Virus record (IMG/VR): IMGVR_UViG_3300036832_000330
Coordinates: 1 to 64,000 of that record
Strand: one strand, 5' to 3'
DNA length: 64,000 bases
DNA from: a virus
In this document: positions 6,538 through 16,241 of the stretch, in pieces
Layout: each line of letters starts with the position of its first letter
How positions within the stretch are numbered: the stretch's first letter is position 1
Position numbers and translations under genes: made by a program
The notes under the pieces: model-generated
Databases searched by the model: none
Told to the model about the DNA's origin: nothing
What the model saw: the letters and a program-made list of their open reading frames with translations, nothing else

Positions 6538-8558
6538 TTGGCCTCGCTCCAGTTCTTTCCGACACCGATGTTGACCTCCAGGGGTACGTCCAGCACCGGG
6601 CGACCCTCCAGGCGGATGTTCTCCATGGCCTCCTTGATAAACGGTATGGCGTCGAGGGCCTCCCGCTCGTCGCACTCGATCACGAACTCATCGTGGATCT
6701 GAAGCACCAGGGCGGCGTGGAACTCCCGCAGGGCCTCATGGACCCTGACGATGGCGATCTTGGCGATGTCGGCGGCACTGCCCTGGATGGGGTGGTTGAC
6801 GGCCTGGCGCTCCGCATAGCTGCGGTCCTTGGGGTTGCCGGATGCGATGTCCTTGAGCCGGCGCTTGCGCCCGTACAGGGTCTCGACGTAACCGTTCTGC
6901 AAGCAGGACCGCTTGGTCTTGGCCCCCCACTGGCGCACGCCGGGGTACGCCTGGTGCCAGGCGGTGTAGACCTTCTCGGCCTCCCGCAGGGGGATGCCCG
7001 ACAGATCCACCACCCGGCCAGCGCGGCCCTCAAAGGCGAAGTTGAAGTTGCAGTTCTTGGCGATGGCCCGCTGCTCGACGGCGACCTTGTCCTGTGGCAC
7101 CTTGTAGATCAGGCTGGCTGTCTGGGTGTGCAGATCCAGGCCATGGGTGTAGGCGTAGAGGAGCAGCCGGTCCTTGGTCTGGTGGGCCAGGATGCGTAGC
7201 TCGATCTGGCTGTAGTCGGCCACGATCAGGACACGGCCCGGTGGTGCCACGAACAGCCGGCGGATCAGGGTGGCCTCGACGGTCTCCTTATACCTGGCCG
7301 GGATGTTCTGGAGGTTGGGGGCGCTGCACGAGAGGCGACCGGTGCGGGCCACGGCCTGGTTGAAGCTGGCCCGGATGCGGCTGTCCTCATCGATGTGGGG
7401 CATGAACCCGACGACGTAGGTGGACAGCAGCTTGTTCACGTCCTTGTACTCCAGGAGCCGGCGGGGTTCCTGGTGGCGCTTCGCCAGGGTCTTGAGAGCG
7501 TTGGCGGCGGTGGAACGCTGGCCGGTCTCGGTGATGAAGCCGCAGGGCAGGCGCAGTTCGTCGTAGAGCCAGCGACCCAGTTGCTGGGTGGAGTTCAGGT
7601 TGATCTCGTGGCCCACCATGGCCTGGATGTCGTCCCTGATCTCGTCGCGCTGGCGCTCCAGCTTGGGCCGTAGCTCCTGGAACCCCGCCATATCGACGTA
7701 GGCCCCCTGCTGGCGCATCTGGAGTAGTACCCGAAGCACAGCCATCTCCAGGCTGAACAGCGCGCCCAGCTTGGGCTTGTCCTCCAGGACGCCGTGGAGC
7801 TTCCACCACAGCATCCAGGCCATCTTGGCGTCGACAATCGAGTACCTCATGGCTCGCCGCCACTCCACCTTGTACGCCTCCTCACCGAGTTTCTCGGCGT
7901 AGGTGAACCCGATGTAGTGCTGAGCAAGAAAGCCCAGGTTGTACGCCTTGAGGTTCTCATTGATCAGAAAAATCATGGTCATCACGTCGGCATACGGAGG
8001 TGGTGGTATTTCGCCGTAGTACTTGGCAATCGAGAGCAGATCAAAGCCCACGTTCTGGTTGATCTTGCGCCGGTCGGAGAAGAACAGGGGCTTCAGGGCG
8101 GCGAACACCTCGCTGCGGTGTAGCTGTTGGCGTCGGTCAGGGTGTCCCATGGGTATGACATGGGACACTCCCGGACCAGCGAGGGAAAGACACCAGACTT
8201 CGTTGGTCCGGGCGTCCAGAGCCGGCTTATCCTTGTCAGCCGCCTTGCGGCACTCGTCGGAGCAGTAGGTGCGTCGTCGGGGTGGGATGGGCCGGCGACA
8301 GGACAGGCAGGGGGTGGACTGCTCGCTGTAGCGCGACAGCACCCGGCGCTCGCTCTGGAGCATGCGGACCTGCCGGCCCCCACGGGTCTCCACGTCGAAG
8401 GCGAACTCAGAAAAACCGGAGTAGATCGAGACCACGGCTTCTAGCTCGACCATGGTGCGAATGGTCTTGATGGGGCTGCCAGGGGTGGGGGAAGGGGACC
8501 GGTGGCGGGTCCGATCCCCTTCCCGTTCCGACACGGCAGCGGGTCTTACCGGCACCAC
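6534..8558 (-). CDS. polA: DNA polymerase I family A (3'-5' exonuclease + polymerase) with Zn-finger insert
   Basis: AFDVET (ExoI), RTGRLSCSAPNLQNIP, ADYSQIELRILAH (motif A), RAIAKNCNF (motif B), NHPIQGSAAD, QIHDE (motif C). Start uncertain (8558 or ATG 8453). Confidence 0.97.
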   Translation of the reverse strand: MVPVRPAAVSEREGDRTRHRSPSPTPGSPIKTIRTMVELEAVVSIYSGFSEFAFDVETRGGRQVRMLQSERRVLSRYSEQSTPCLSCRRPIPPRRRTYCSDECRKAADKDKPALDARTNEVWCLSLAGPGVSHVIPMGHPDRRQQLHRSEVFAALKPLFFSDRRKINQNVGFDLLSIAKYYGEIPPPPYADVMTMIFLINENLKAYNLGFLAQHYIGFTYAEKLGEEAYKVEWRRAMRYSIVDAKMAWMLWWKLHGVLEDKPKLGALFSLEMAVLRVLLQMRQQGAYVDMAGFQELRPKLERQRDEIRDDIQAMVGHEINLNSTQQLGRWLYDELRLPCGFITETGQRSTAANALKTLAKRHQEPRRLLEYKDVNKLLSTYVVGFMPHIDEDSRIRASFNQAVARTGRLSCSAPNLQNIPARYKETVEATLIRRLFVAPPGRVLIVADYSQIELRILAHQTKDRLLLYAYTHGLDLHTQTASLIYKVPQDKVAVEQRAIAKNCNFNFAFEGRAGRVVDLSGIPLREAEKVYTAWHQAYPGVRQWGAKTKRSCLQNGYVETLYGRKRRLKDIASGNPKDRSYAERQAVNHPIQGSAADIAKIAIVRVHEALREFHAALVLQIHDEFVIECDEREALDAIPFIKEAMENIRLEGRPVLDVPLEVNIGVGKNWSEAK
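8489..8524 (-). promoter_or_regulatory. Strong hairpin between the SSB and polymerase genes
   Basis: GGGAAGGGGA (8489-8498) and TCCCCTTCCC (8515-8524) form a 10-bp inverted repeat. Confidence 0.5.
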
Positions 8559-8569
8559 CGTTCGGACAC

Positions 8570-9289
8570 CTAGTCCGAGAAGGCGTCAGCTACTTTTTGT
8601 AGCTCAGCCTTGGAAGCAACGTCGAGGGATGTGTCGTCCCAGAGGCGGTCGTCAAACTTGGCGATCTCCTCTTCGGACAGTGGCTCAAAATTCCAGTCCT
8701 CTTTGAGGTCTCGGTTTTTGATGGGGCGAATCTGAGTGCGGCGGCTGTTCTTCGGCCCCCTCATGGCGACGGCAAAATACCGACCACTCAGAGGCTCATC
8801 CTGAGAATACTCCTCCAGGGCCTCAGTGACCGACACACCACATTCAAAGGTGGTCAGGATGGGTGTGTCGCCTCCGCAGTCCAGGATATTGAAGCGGACC
8901 CTGGCACCGGGCTTGGGGTCGACATCGTCCAGAGGGCAATCCTCCTGGAGGCACACGTAGCTGAGCCGGCTGCCCCTGGGCATCCACTCACACCAGTGCA
9001 TGAGGAAGCTGGCGTAGGGGCCATCCTCCAGGAACATGATCAGGGCCTCCTCGTCCTGAACCTTGTACAGCTTGGTGAACTGGGAGGGGGCGTTGGCCTT
9101 GGTGCGGCGGTAGCCACTCCAGCCCTTGGCTACGGCCAGGCCGCGGTCATCGTCGGCGTTATCACGGGCCGGGGCGCGCCGGGTCTTGGCCGGCTCGGGT
9201 GCTTCACGCCGCAGACGGCGGGGTTCGGCTGGGGCCTCGTCGTATTCCTCCGCTGGACGGGGGCGAACCAGTCTTCTTGTCGGTGCCAT
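8570..9289 (-). CDS. ssDNA-binding protein (gp32-like)
   Basis: AAGGAG RBS, MAPTRR...; FLEDGPYASF.MHW, SYVCL..DCPL, acidic C-terminus; adjacent to the polymerase. Confidence 0.7.
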   Translation of the reverse strand: MAPTRRLVRPRPAEEYDEAPAEPRRLRREAPEPAKTRRAPARDNADDDRGLAVAKGWSGYRRTKANAPSQFTKLYKVQDEEALIMFLEDGPYASFLMHWCEWMPRGSRLSYVCLQEDCPLDDVDPKPGARVRFNILDCGGDTPILTTFECGVSVTEALEEYSQDEPLSGRYFAVAMRGPKNSRRTQIRPIKNRDLKEDWNFEPLSEEEIAKFDDRLWDDTSLDVASKAELQKVADAFSD

Positions 9290-9602
9290 GTTGACTCCTT
9301 TGTTGTGTGGGTGCAGGGGACAGGGGTGCAGAGGACAGGAAGTCTTCAGCAAGGTTGGGGGAGATCTCGGACCACTGGTTGATCTGGTGCAGTTCCTCTC
9401 GGGCCAGCTTCTCCACTTCGGTGATGACCAGTAGCTCAAGCTGGTCGATCCAGGAGGGCCGAGTCTCCCGGAGTGCGGCCCAGTCCTCGTCGGACCAGCC
9501 CAGGTCATGGTGGTCAGCCTCAGCCCCCACCTCCACATGGACGGTCTCGTAGTCCCGGACCCGCACGAGGTAGCGGATGTTCTTGGTGAGCTTCACCGCC
9601 AT
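9204..9602 (-). CDS. Hypothetical protein
   Basis: MAVKLTKNIRYLVRVRDYETVHVEVGAE...; GGAGG RBS. Confidence 0.65.
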   Translation of the reverse strand: MAVKLTKNIRYLVRVRDYETVHVEVGAEADHHDLGWSDEDWAALRETRPSWIDQLELLVITEVEKLAREELHQINQWSEISPNLAEDFLSSAPLSPAPTQQRSQHGTDKKTGSPPSSGGIRRGPSRTPPSAA

Positions 9603-10054
9603 GACCTCCAGGCCGCGACCACACGGGCCGTGAAGTTGGTCTCCACCAGGCGAGGCGGCTTCTCCTGGAGCAGGCCCTCCTCCTGGGCGATGGCGACGAT
9701 GCCCTCGATCTGGGCGCGGGTCCACAGCTTGAGGCCGGCGTCGCCCCTGGTGCCATAGCGAGGGCTGGTCTGGTACATGTTGCGGGGCAGCCAGCCCTTG
9801 CGTATCCAGGCCCGCATGGTGACGCTGTCACGCCCCAGGGCCTTGGCGAGCGCGCCGACGCGGAACATCTCGTAGCGGACCCCCTTGATGAAGACCTCCA
9901 GGGGGTGGGCGTCCCAGGGTTCGTCCTCACGGGCCACCCGGCGCTCCTCCACCCGTCGTTCGTGACGCATCTCCTGGGACTCCCGCCGCTTGCGCTTGGA
10001 GCCGGGGTAGTACTCGTCCTGGAGGGTGTCGAACACCCTCATCAGGTCGCTCAT
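9593..10054 (-). CDS. MerR-like HTH DNA-binding protein
   Basis: FRVGALAKALGRDSVTMRAWIRKGWLP...LWTRAQIE. Confidence 0.85.
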   Translation of the reverse strand: MSDLMRVFDTLQDEYYPGSKRKRRESQEMRHERRVEERRVAREDEPWDAHPLEVFIKGVRYEMFRVGALAKALGRDSVTMRAWIRKGWLPRNMYQTSPRYGTRGDAGLKLWTRAQIEGIVAIAQEEGLLQEKPPRLVETNFTARVVAAWRSWR

Positions 10055-10524
10055 GCCCGCACCGGCTTCTCATCCTCATCCAGGAGGAAGAACCGGTAGG
10101 AGGTGACGGCAGGGAACATGCGGGCCAACTCGTCGTCGGAGATGCGGTTGTCGTAGTAGGCAGCCCGGATGCGCTCCTCGTTGGGCACCCGGACGGGGTC
10201 GCTCAACTCCTCCCAGATGTCCTTGCCGCGGAGGATCTCCTCCGCTACCTCGTCGTTGATCTGGTTCTTGGAGACCACGCACAGGTTCTTCAGGTACCGG
10301 ATGTTCTGATCCCCAATCGGCTCCTCCAGATCTAAATAAATAGAGCCGTCAGTGGGATCCTTGTCGCCGTATTTTGCCAGGAGTTCCTTGAACCGGTCTG
10401 TACCCTTCTTTAGTTTGGGGGTGAGCAGGGCGTCCTGGCGCTTGAGGGCGTACCACTCGCGCACCTCCTGACGCAGGGCTTTCAGATCCAATCTCTCCTT
10501 GACGGCGGCTCGCTTCGTAGGCAT
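10051..10524 (-). CDS. Hypothetical phage protein
   Basis: 157-aa ORF with a leaderless-type start (TACCCT upstream). Confidence 0.75.
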   Translation of the reverse strand: MPTKRAAVKERLDLKALRQEVREWYALKRQDALLTPKLKKGTDRFKELLAKYGDKDPTDGSIYLDLEEPIGDQNIRYLKNLCVVSKNQINDEVAEEILRGKDIWEELSDPVRVPNEERIRAAYYDNRISDDELARMFPAVTSYRFFLLDEDEKPVRA

Positions 10525-10554
10525 GTCAGTAAGGGTAACTGGGGGGTGTGACCG

Positions 10555-10911
10555 TTAAGAGGGCGCTCGGGGATCACCTCCCCTGTCATGGGCGTTGCCG
10601 ACGACGTACCAGGGGCGTCCGTTCTCGTCGGCCACGGCCAGCAGCCGCTCTGTGGCGCGGTTGTGGCTCATACGATCCATGAAGGCGATCACGATGTTGG
10701 GGTCACGCCATTCGTAGACCCGGCGGTGTCGGAGGTACTTGAACTGCTCCACCTCAAACTGGAGGTCGACCAGGCTGCCGTCGTCCTGGATGATGATGGT
10801 CTCGCCCCAGTGACGGGCCTGGGTGTTCAGCCCCTCCAGGATCACTCGCAGGAGCAGGGTGTCGCTGGTCAGCCGGCTGCCACAAAGCAGGTACTGGGGG
10901 CCGTCCTTCAA
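10555..10911 (-). CDS. Degenerate SLOG/YspA-like protein
   Basis: LLCGSR...IIIQD...PNIVIAF....RAT..LL..A...GRP pattern, but the GGAxGAD loop is missing. Confidence 0.5.
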   Translation of the reverse strand: MKDGPQYLLCGSRLTSDTLLLRVILEGLNTQARHWGETIIIQDDGSLVDLQFEVEQFKYLRHRRVYEWRDPNIVIAFMDRMSHNRATERLLAVADENGRPWYVVGNAHDRGGDPRAPS

Positions 10912-11564
10912 GAACGACCTGAAGTCGCTCGTCGTACCCTTCTGCCGTTACCGTTGTTGTTACGACGGGGTGTGGGTGGGGGAGGAGGCGAGGGACGATG
11001 TCGATTACCCACCCGGACAAGTCTTATGAGCCTTGGACCCTCAGTCTTGGGTTGGTTGCCAACTAGTCTCACGAATGCATGCCCTTGATCGGTCGCAAGT
11101 TTCGCTAGTGCTAGGTACGCATCGCAGCGCACCTTTACGGCGTCGTACGCCTTGTGGGCCTCACCTTTTTGGAATCGATCCGCTGTTCGGAAGTCTTCCG
11201 GTGTTACTACGTCGTACCGTACCTTCTCGTACTTGCTGATCGAGATGGGAAGACGTTTGACTTCATCCCAATCGAGTTCGACCTCACCAGACCCCCACCC
11301 ATAAAAGATCTTGTTTCCAAGTTTATTTTCCTGGCCTTCGATCTGATTGACATCCCGTTCGACCTGCTTGGTTATCGCTGACGTGTCGTTCGGATAGTTC
11401 TGTCGCCCAACGGCGATGGCACGGTTTTTCCAGTCTTTGTCAGTGGTTTTGTAGCGGTCAGGCCGATCCGCACGCAAAGCCGCCCGGATGCGGCTGCGAT
11501 AGGTGTCATCCAGTTCATCGTAGGTTACGACGGTGACAGGCTCGTCTGAGGGTCTTCTGGGCAT
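10908..11564 (-). CDS. Hypothetical protein (partner of the ParB-like gene)
   Basis: 218-aa ORF, visibly more A/T at third codon positions than the flanks; GGAGG RBS. Confidence 0.75.
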   Translation of the reverse strand: MPRRPSDEPVTVVTYDELDDTYRSRIRAALRADRPDRYKTTDKDWKNRAIAVGRQNYPNDTSAITKQVERDVNQIEGQENKLGNKIFYGWGSGEVELDWDEVKRLPISISKYEKVRYDVVTPEDFRTADRFQKGEAHKAYDAVKVRCDAYLALAKLATDQGHAFVRLVGNQPKTEGPRLIRLVRVGNRHRPSPPPPPTPRRNNNGNGRRVRRATSGRS

Positions 11565-11567
11565 TTT

Positions 11568-12473
11568 TTACTTCACCTCCGTGATGTTTTTTAACTGCTC
11601 CAGTTCGTCTGGCTCAAGCAGATCCACGATCTCATCCGGGATGGGAGCGCCGATCATCGGGGCGAGTGTCTGAAGACTTTCCTGGATCTTGGTGGCCCAT
11701 ACTCGTACACGTTCTTGGCGCTGGCTCTGTATGTCTTCTGCTTCGTCAAGGCTGAGGCTGCCAGACTGGACGCGCTCTGCAAGATCGTCTGACAATTGAG
11801 ACATACGCTCTTCATCGTGTACTCTCTCCAGAGCTTCCTCCAGGGTTAGGCTCTTCGACTCCACAAGGGCGAGCAGTTTTGGATCAAGGCCGTCGAGTTC
11901 CTCCTTGCGCTGCTTGATTTTGTTAGCCGTTTTGTACGCCTCATCCAGGGCCATTCCCCCGGCTAGCACCTTGTCGCTCAACTCTCTAGCGTGATCGAGG
12001 ACGACACCAGCTTGGTGCATCGCTTTCAACCAACCGCTATCGGAAGATCTTCCGATAGCGGTTTTGGTGCCCCGCCTCCAACGCCTGTTGACTCGTTTCC
12101 CTTCCGCCTCCTCACCAATGGCGACGGCCATGGCCTTCACGCCTTCGCTGAGGGTTCGACGGCGGGCGTTGGCGTCGATGATGCACCGGACAGGGTCACC
12201 CTGCTCAACTTTCCACTGGGGTTCCAGGCCAACCAGGGCGCATGCTGCCACTCGGCCAATCCCGTCCAAGCCAAGACCGTTGGGGTCCATGACACATGGC
12301 TCACGTTGCCCGCCAACCTCCATCGAGTCAGCAATGACGCGGATTGCGTCTTCGGAGTGTGGAGGGAAGGACTCGGCCAGGGGGTGCCATCTTCCATTCC
12401 AGGTCACCTGTCCGTTCGATGGGGTTTCTGTGGGCTGTGACCGTCTGATAGTCCGTGCTGGTGCCATGCCCAC
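11568..12473 (-). CDS. ParB-N-like domain protein
   Basis: HPLAESFP...IADSM..GQREP...LDGIGRVAAC...NARRRTLS.G.KAMAVA followed by helical repeats. Confidence 0.7.
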   Translation of the reverse strand: MGMAPARTIRRSQPTETPSNGQVTWNGRWHPLAESFPPHSEDAIRVIADSMEVGGQREPCVMDPNGLGLDGIGRVAACALVGLEPQWKVEQGDPVRCIIDANARRRTLSEGVKAMAVAIGEEAEGKRVNRRWRRGTKTAIGRSSDSGWLKAMHQAGVVLDHARELSDKVLAGGMALDEAYKTANKIKQRKEELDGLDPKLLALVESKSLTLEEALERVHDEERMSQLSDDLAERVQSGSLSLDEAEDIQSQRQERVRVWATKIQESLQTLAPMIGAPIPDEIVDLLEPDELEQLKNITEVK

Positions 12474-12538
12474 CTATATAGCAGCAGGGTAGTTGGTCAC
12501 GTCCTGGGCTAGGGGATTACCTCCCGGACCCCCTGGTC

Positions 12539-14095
12539 TCAGACAGCACTCTCTCGGAGCCACTCCGACAGGGACTTGAGATCCAGGGTGACGCTGCCCC
12601 TGGGGTTGATGCCCTTGCCATCGATCACCGCCGCCGCCACCTTGGCCTTCTGGCCCAGCAGCTTGTGTTGGTATTCCTCGATGGTGCCCGTGGCCTGGAT
12701 CGTCAACAGCGTGACCTGGGGAAACTGACTGGACAGGCGCACGATGCGGGCCTGGCGTTGAGCAAAAGCCCCTGCTGACCAGGGGAGGTCGAAGCTGATC
12801 AGGAAGTTGGCGACGGGCAGGTCGAGGCCCACGCCCCCGGCGTCGGAGGACAGGAACAACCGGGTGTCGGGGTCGGTGGCGAAGGTCTGCTTGGCCCGGT
12901 CGCGCCGGGTGACCGACACCGCCCCGGTGAATAGCACGCTCTTGGTCATGCCCTTGGTGGCTTCGGCTACCAGATCGAGCATGTCCTTGAAGAATGAAAA
13001 AAATACGATCTTGTTACGCGGATCCGCCTCCAATATTTCCTGCATCAGTTCCAGGGCGGCGTCCAGCTTGGGGGCCTTGGGCAGCTTCTCCAGCCGGCCC
13101 GCTTCGTGTAGCTCCTGGGCGTATTCGCTGCCGGCCCGGTTGCCAGGTAGTACCCCCCGATAGTGGGCGGCTGAGATGCGGAGCAGGTCCGGGTGATCAC
13201 ACAGCATTCGCATGCAGACCAGCTTGCTCATGATCCGGCCACGGGCCTCGCTCTGCTCCTCGCCCCGGTAGAACCCCGACAGGGAGAAGTTGCCCCAGGC
13301 GTTGAGGGCCTCAGCCAGTTCGGCCTGGAGGTCATGCACCATGCGCCTATACAGGACCGCGCCAGCGGTGTCAAGGTCGACCAGTAGGGGGGCCGGGGTG
13401 ACCACCGCCGGCAATTGATCGGCTACCTCCGCTCGGGTACGGCGCACCATGTGGTCGGACAGCAGCCGGTGAAGGGTGGGCAGGTTGCGATAGGACCGGA
13501 CCCGGCCCCAGTGGTCGCGCTTGACGAAGGCGGCATCGAAGTTCTTGAAGTGGCCCAGGACGGTGGAGTCCACCCACTGCATGATGGAGAAGACCTCTTC
13601 GGCCCGGTTCTCGATGGGCTGGCCGGTCAGCGCCCATCGGTAGGTGGCGGTCAGCCGCTTGATCTTCTTGGACCGCTGAGGCTTGAAGTTCTTGAACCAC
13701 GTTGCTTCGTCGGCCACGATGAAGTCACGCGGCAGCCGGCTCACGATCTCCCAGTCGTTCGTCATCTGCTCCGGGTTGAGGATGCAGTACTCACCCTGGC
13801 CCTGCTTGTAGCGGAGGTATTGGGCCTGGCGCTGTGCGGCGGTGCCGTTGACGACGATGACGTTGGCCTCTGGGGCGAACTCCTCGATCATGCGCTTCCA
13901 CTGGAGCTTGATCGAGGCTGGGCAGATGATCAGGCCCCCGCCGATCTTGCCGGCCTCGATCAGTTCCTCGATGGCGGCGATGGTGATGACGGTCTTCCCT
14001 AACCCCATCTCATAGGCCACCAGCAGGCTCTTCATGTCGAGCATGCGCTCGACGGCCTGGGTCTGGAATGGGTAGAGGGTGCCCTTGAAGCTCAC
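12539..14095 (-). CDS. SNF2/DEAD-like SF2 helicase
   Basis: LYPFQ, MGLGKT, DEAT, LTGQPIEN, AGGVGLDL, DLPWS...QRQARI.R; GTG start coupled to primase. Confidence 0.93.
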   Translation of the reverse strand: MSFKGTLYPFQTQAVERMLDMKSLLVAYEMGLGKTVITIAAIEELIEAGKIGGGLIICPASIKLQWKRMIEEFAPEANVIVVNGTAAQRQAQYLRYKQGQGEYCILNPEQMTNDWEIVSRLPRDFIVADEATWFKNFKPQRSKKIKRLTATYRWALTGQPIENRAEEVFSIMQWVDSTVLGHFKNFDAAFVKRDHWGRVRSYRNLPTLHRLLSDHMVRRTRAEVADQLPAVVTPAPLLVDLDTAGAVLYRRMVHDLQAELAEALNAWGNFSLSGFYRGEEQSEARGRIMSKLVCMRMLCDHPDLLRISAAHYRGVLPGNRAGSEYAQELHEAGRLEKLPKAPKLDAALELMQEILEADPRNKIVFFSFFKDMLDLVAEATKGMTKSVLFTGAVSVTRRDRAKQTFATDPDTRLFLSSDAGGVGLDLPVANFLISFDLPWSAGAFAQRQARIVRLSSQFPQVTLLTIQATGTIEEYQHKLLGQKAKVAAAVIDGKGINPRGSVTLDLKSLSEWLRESAV

Positions 14096-14970
14096 CAGAA
14101 TGCCGCCAGGGTGGCTTTCTCCAGGCCCCTGTGAACTGCCAGCGGCGATAGCTCCCCTGGATCCTTGCCGTTCAGACCCCGGTAGTTGAACATCGTCATA
14201 GGGATCCGATGGTGCCACTTCTCTATCTGGAGGCGTCGGGTCTCCTTCCGACCGGCGGCGTCATCGTCCAGGGCCAGCACCAGGCGGTGCAGCCGCTCCA
14301 CCAGGAGCTTCATCTGCATGTCGGACACCTGGCAGCCGAAGGCGGCGAGCGCCGGCACGCCCAGGGTGTCCAGGTAGGCCACGTCCAGGGGCGACTCCAC
14401 CAAGACCGCCTGGTCAGAGCGCAGCACGTCGAGGCCAAAGAGGGTCTTGCCCTTCTTGATCCCCGGCGGGTGGTTGCGGATCTCGGCCCCCTTGGACTGC
14501 CAGCCCCACTTATCCCCAGTTGGGGACAAGATGGGGATAACCCAGGCAGCCTCCTCGCAGTCCCAGCGAAGCTGGAAGCGGTCGCACACCTCGGGGGTCA
14601 GGTGCCGACGCTCCAGGGCACGGGGCGGGGGCGGGCCGAACTCCTCCAGCCTGCTCTCCACTACCAGGCCGATAGGCGGCTCCCAAGGGGCCTCGTCGTA
14701 GCTGCCCAGGTCTACGTCGAAGCGCCGGATCATCTGGCGGGCCTCCCACACGCCCACCCCGGCCATGTCCATGATGAGCCGGGTCAGGCTGCCGGCGTAC
14801 TCGCACGAGAAGCAGTGGTGCGCCCCTGAGTGGCGGTTGATCGACCAGTGGTCAGGCCGGCGCTCCAGTTCCCCGGTGCGCTTCTCGTGCATGGGACAGC
14901 GGGCCTGTACCTCCGCGCCCAGGGTGCGGATGTCCTCGACGCCGATGTGTTCCAGTAGCTCCTCGATCAC
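14092..14970 (-). CDS. dnaG: DNA primase (CHC2 Zn finger + TOPRIM)
   Basis: CPMH...CFSC, LVESPLD, LALDDDAAG, KDPGEL. Confidence 0.9.
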   Translation of the reverse strand: MIEELLEHIGVEDIRTLGAEVQARCPMHEKRTGELERRPDHWSINRHSGAHHCFSCEYAGSLTRLIMDMAGVGVWEARQMIRRFDVDLGSYDEAPWEPPIGLVVESRLEEFGPPPPRALERRHLTPEVCDRFQLRWDCEEAAWVIPILSPTGDKWGWQSKGAEIRNHPPGIKKGKTLFGLDVLRSDQAVLVESPLDVAYLDTLGVPALAAFGCQVSDMQMKLLVERLHRLVLALDDDAAGRKETRRLQIEKWHHRIPMTMFNYRGLNGKDPGELSPLAVHRGLEKATLAAFW

Positions 14971-16241
14971 CGTTCCTCTGCACCCAGGTCGTCGTCGTCC
15001 TCGTACTCGATCTCTTCACCCTCCAGGATGGAGCCGTGGTCAAGGTCGACTATCAGCATGACATCCCTGGGCGAGCAGTTGCGAGATGCCAGGATCCGCA
15101 GCAGGGCCTCGTGGTCGTTGGTCTGGCCCTCCCCATCCCTGGTGGACTCCACGCCAAAAACCACGTCGCTGTCCTGGCCGAAGCTGGAGGAATATCCGAT
15201 GGAGTTGAGGCTGAGCTTGCCCCTGGGGGTCTTCCAGGTGAGAGCCTGGGTGGTCTGCACGATAGGCAAGTCAGCCTGCTGAGCCAGCCGCTTGAGGCTC
15301 CTGGTGATCGAGGTCAGGGCCTGGGGCGAGTTGGGCGTGACGCCCGGATCCTCGCACTCCATCATGTACGCACCATCTATATAGACGGCGTCGGGCCGGT
15401 GCTGGGCGATCTTGGCCCGGATGGCCGACACGGTGGTAGCGCCCATGGGGTCATGTACCAGGACGAAGGAGGGCCGGTCCTCTAGCTCGTGCGTCATCCG
15501 CTTGAGCTTCTTCCACTCCCAGTCCAGCATCTGGGCCGGGGCCTGGAGGTGGGACAGGCTGATGCCGGCCCGCAGGGCGTCATGACGGGTGGACTGCTCC
15601 CGGTTGGACATCTCAAAGCTGACGTACATGGTCTTGGCCCCGGCCTGGTTGGCGGCTATATCCATGCACATCAACAGCAGGCTCTTCTTGACCTTGGGGT
15701 TGCCGGCCAGGGTGATCAACTGCCCCTTCTGGAGGCCCCCGGTGGCGCGGTCCATGGAGGGGAAGCCAGTAGGCCAGCCCAGGAGACCCCGGTGCGTGGT
15801 CATGGTCTGGTAGTAGCTCACCCGTTCCTCCCCGGTGTCGTTCATCCGCTCGTCCAGTAGCTCGGTGACCTCCAGGTGCAGGCCCTCTAAGCCCATCGCC
15901 AGGAGTCTCACGGCGATGTCGGTGTCATTGTTGTTGAGCGGCTCCTTGAGACCGTCGAGCATCTCCATAAGCAGGGCGTACTTGCGCTGCTCCCGTAGCT
16001 CATCGATGTAGTAGGCCAGCGGCTCGGGGGTCTCGATCAGGCTGTCGGCGGGGTACTCCCGGTGGAAGGCGTCCGCGCTGGGCGACTCCCCATACCGGGA
16101 CCAGTGGTCCCGCGCCCAGTCGAACATGGCAGCGTTGTCGGGATCAATGAAGAAGGCGGTGGTGATGCGGGCGTGGGCCAGGGCGTCAAAGTCGCGGTCC
16201 TGGATGGTGCGGCAAATGGTCTGGTACTCGATGTCGGGCAT
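14967..16241 (-). CDS. dnaB: DnaB-like replicative helicase
   Basis: PTGFPSMDRATGGLQKGQL, SFEMS, YIDG, ITRSLKRLA, SSSFGQDSD, SRN. Confidence 0.9.
   Translation of the reverse strand: MPDIEYQTICRTIQDRDFDALAHARITTAFFIDPDNAAMFDWARDHWSRYGESPSADAFHREYPADSLIETPEPLAYYIDELREQRKYALLMEMLDGLKEPLNNNDTDIAVRLLAMGLEGLHLEVTELLDERMNDTGEERVSYYQTMTTHRGLLGWPTGFPSMDRATGGLQKGQLITLAGNPKVKKSLLLMCMDIAANQAGAKTMYVSFEMSNREQSTRHDALRAGISLSHLQAPAQMLDWEWKKLKRMTHELEDRPSFVLVHDPMGATTVSAIRAKIAQHRPDAVYIDGAYMMECEDPGVTPNSPQALTSITRSLKRLAQQADLPIVQTTQALTWKTPRGKLSLNSIGYSSSFGQDSDVVFGVESTRDGEGQTNDHEALLRILASRNCSPRDVMLIVDLDHGSILEGEEIEYEDDDDLGAEER

Noticed and set aside
8225-8385. Intein or intron in polA
   Set aside because: The insert is short and in frame, with no C/S...HN termini and no homing endonuclease.
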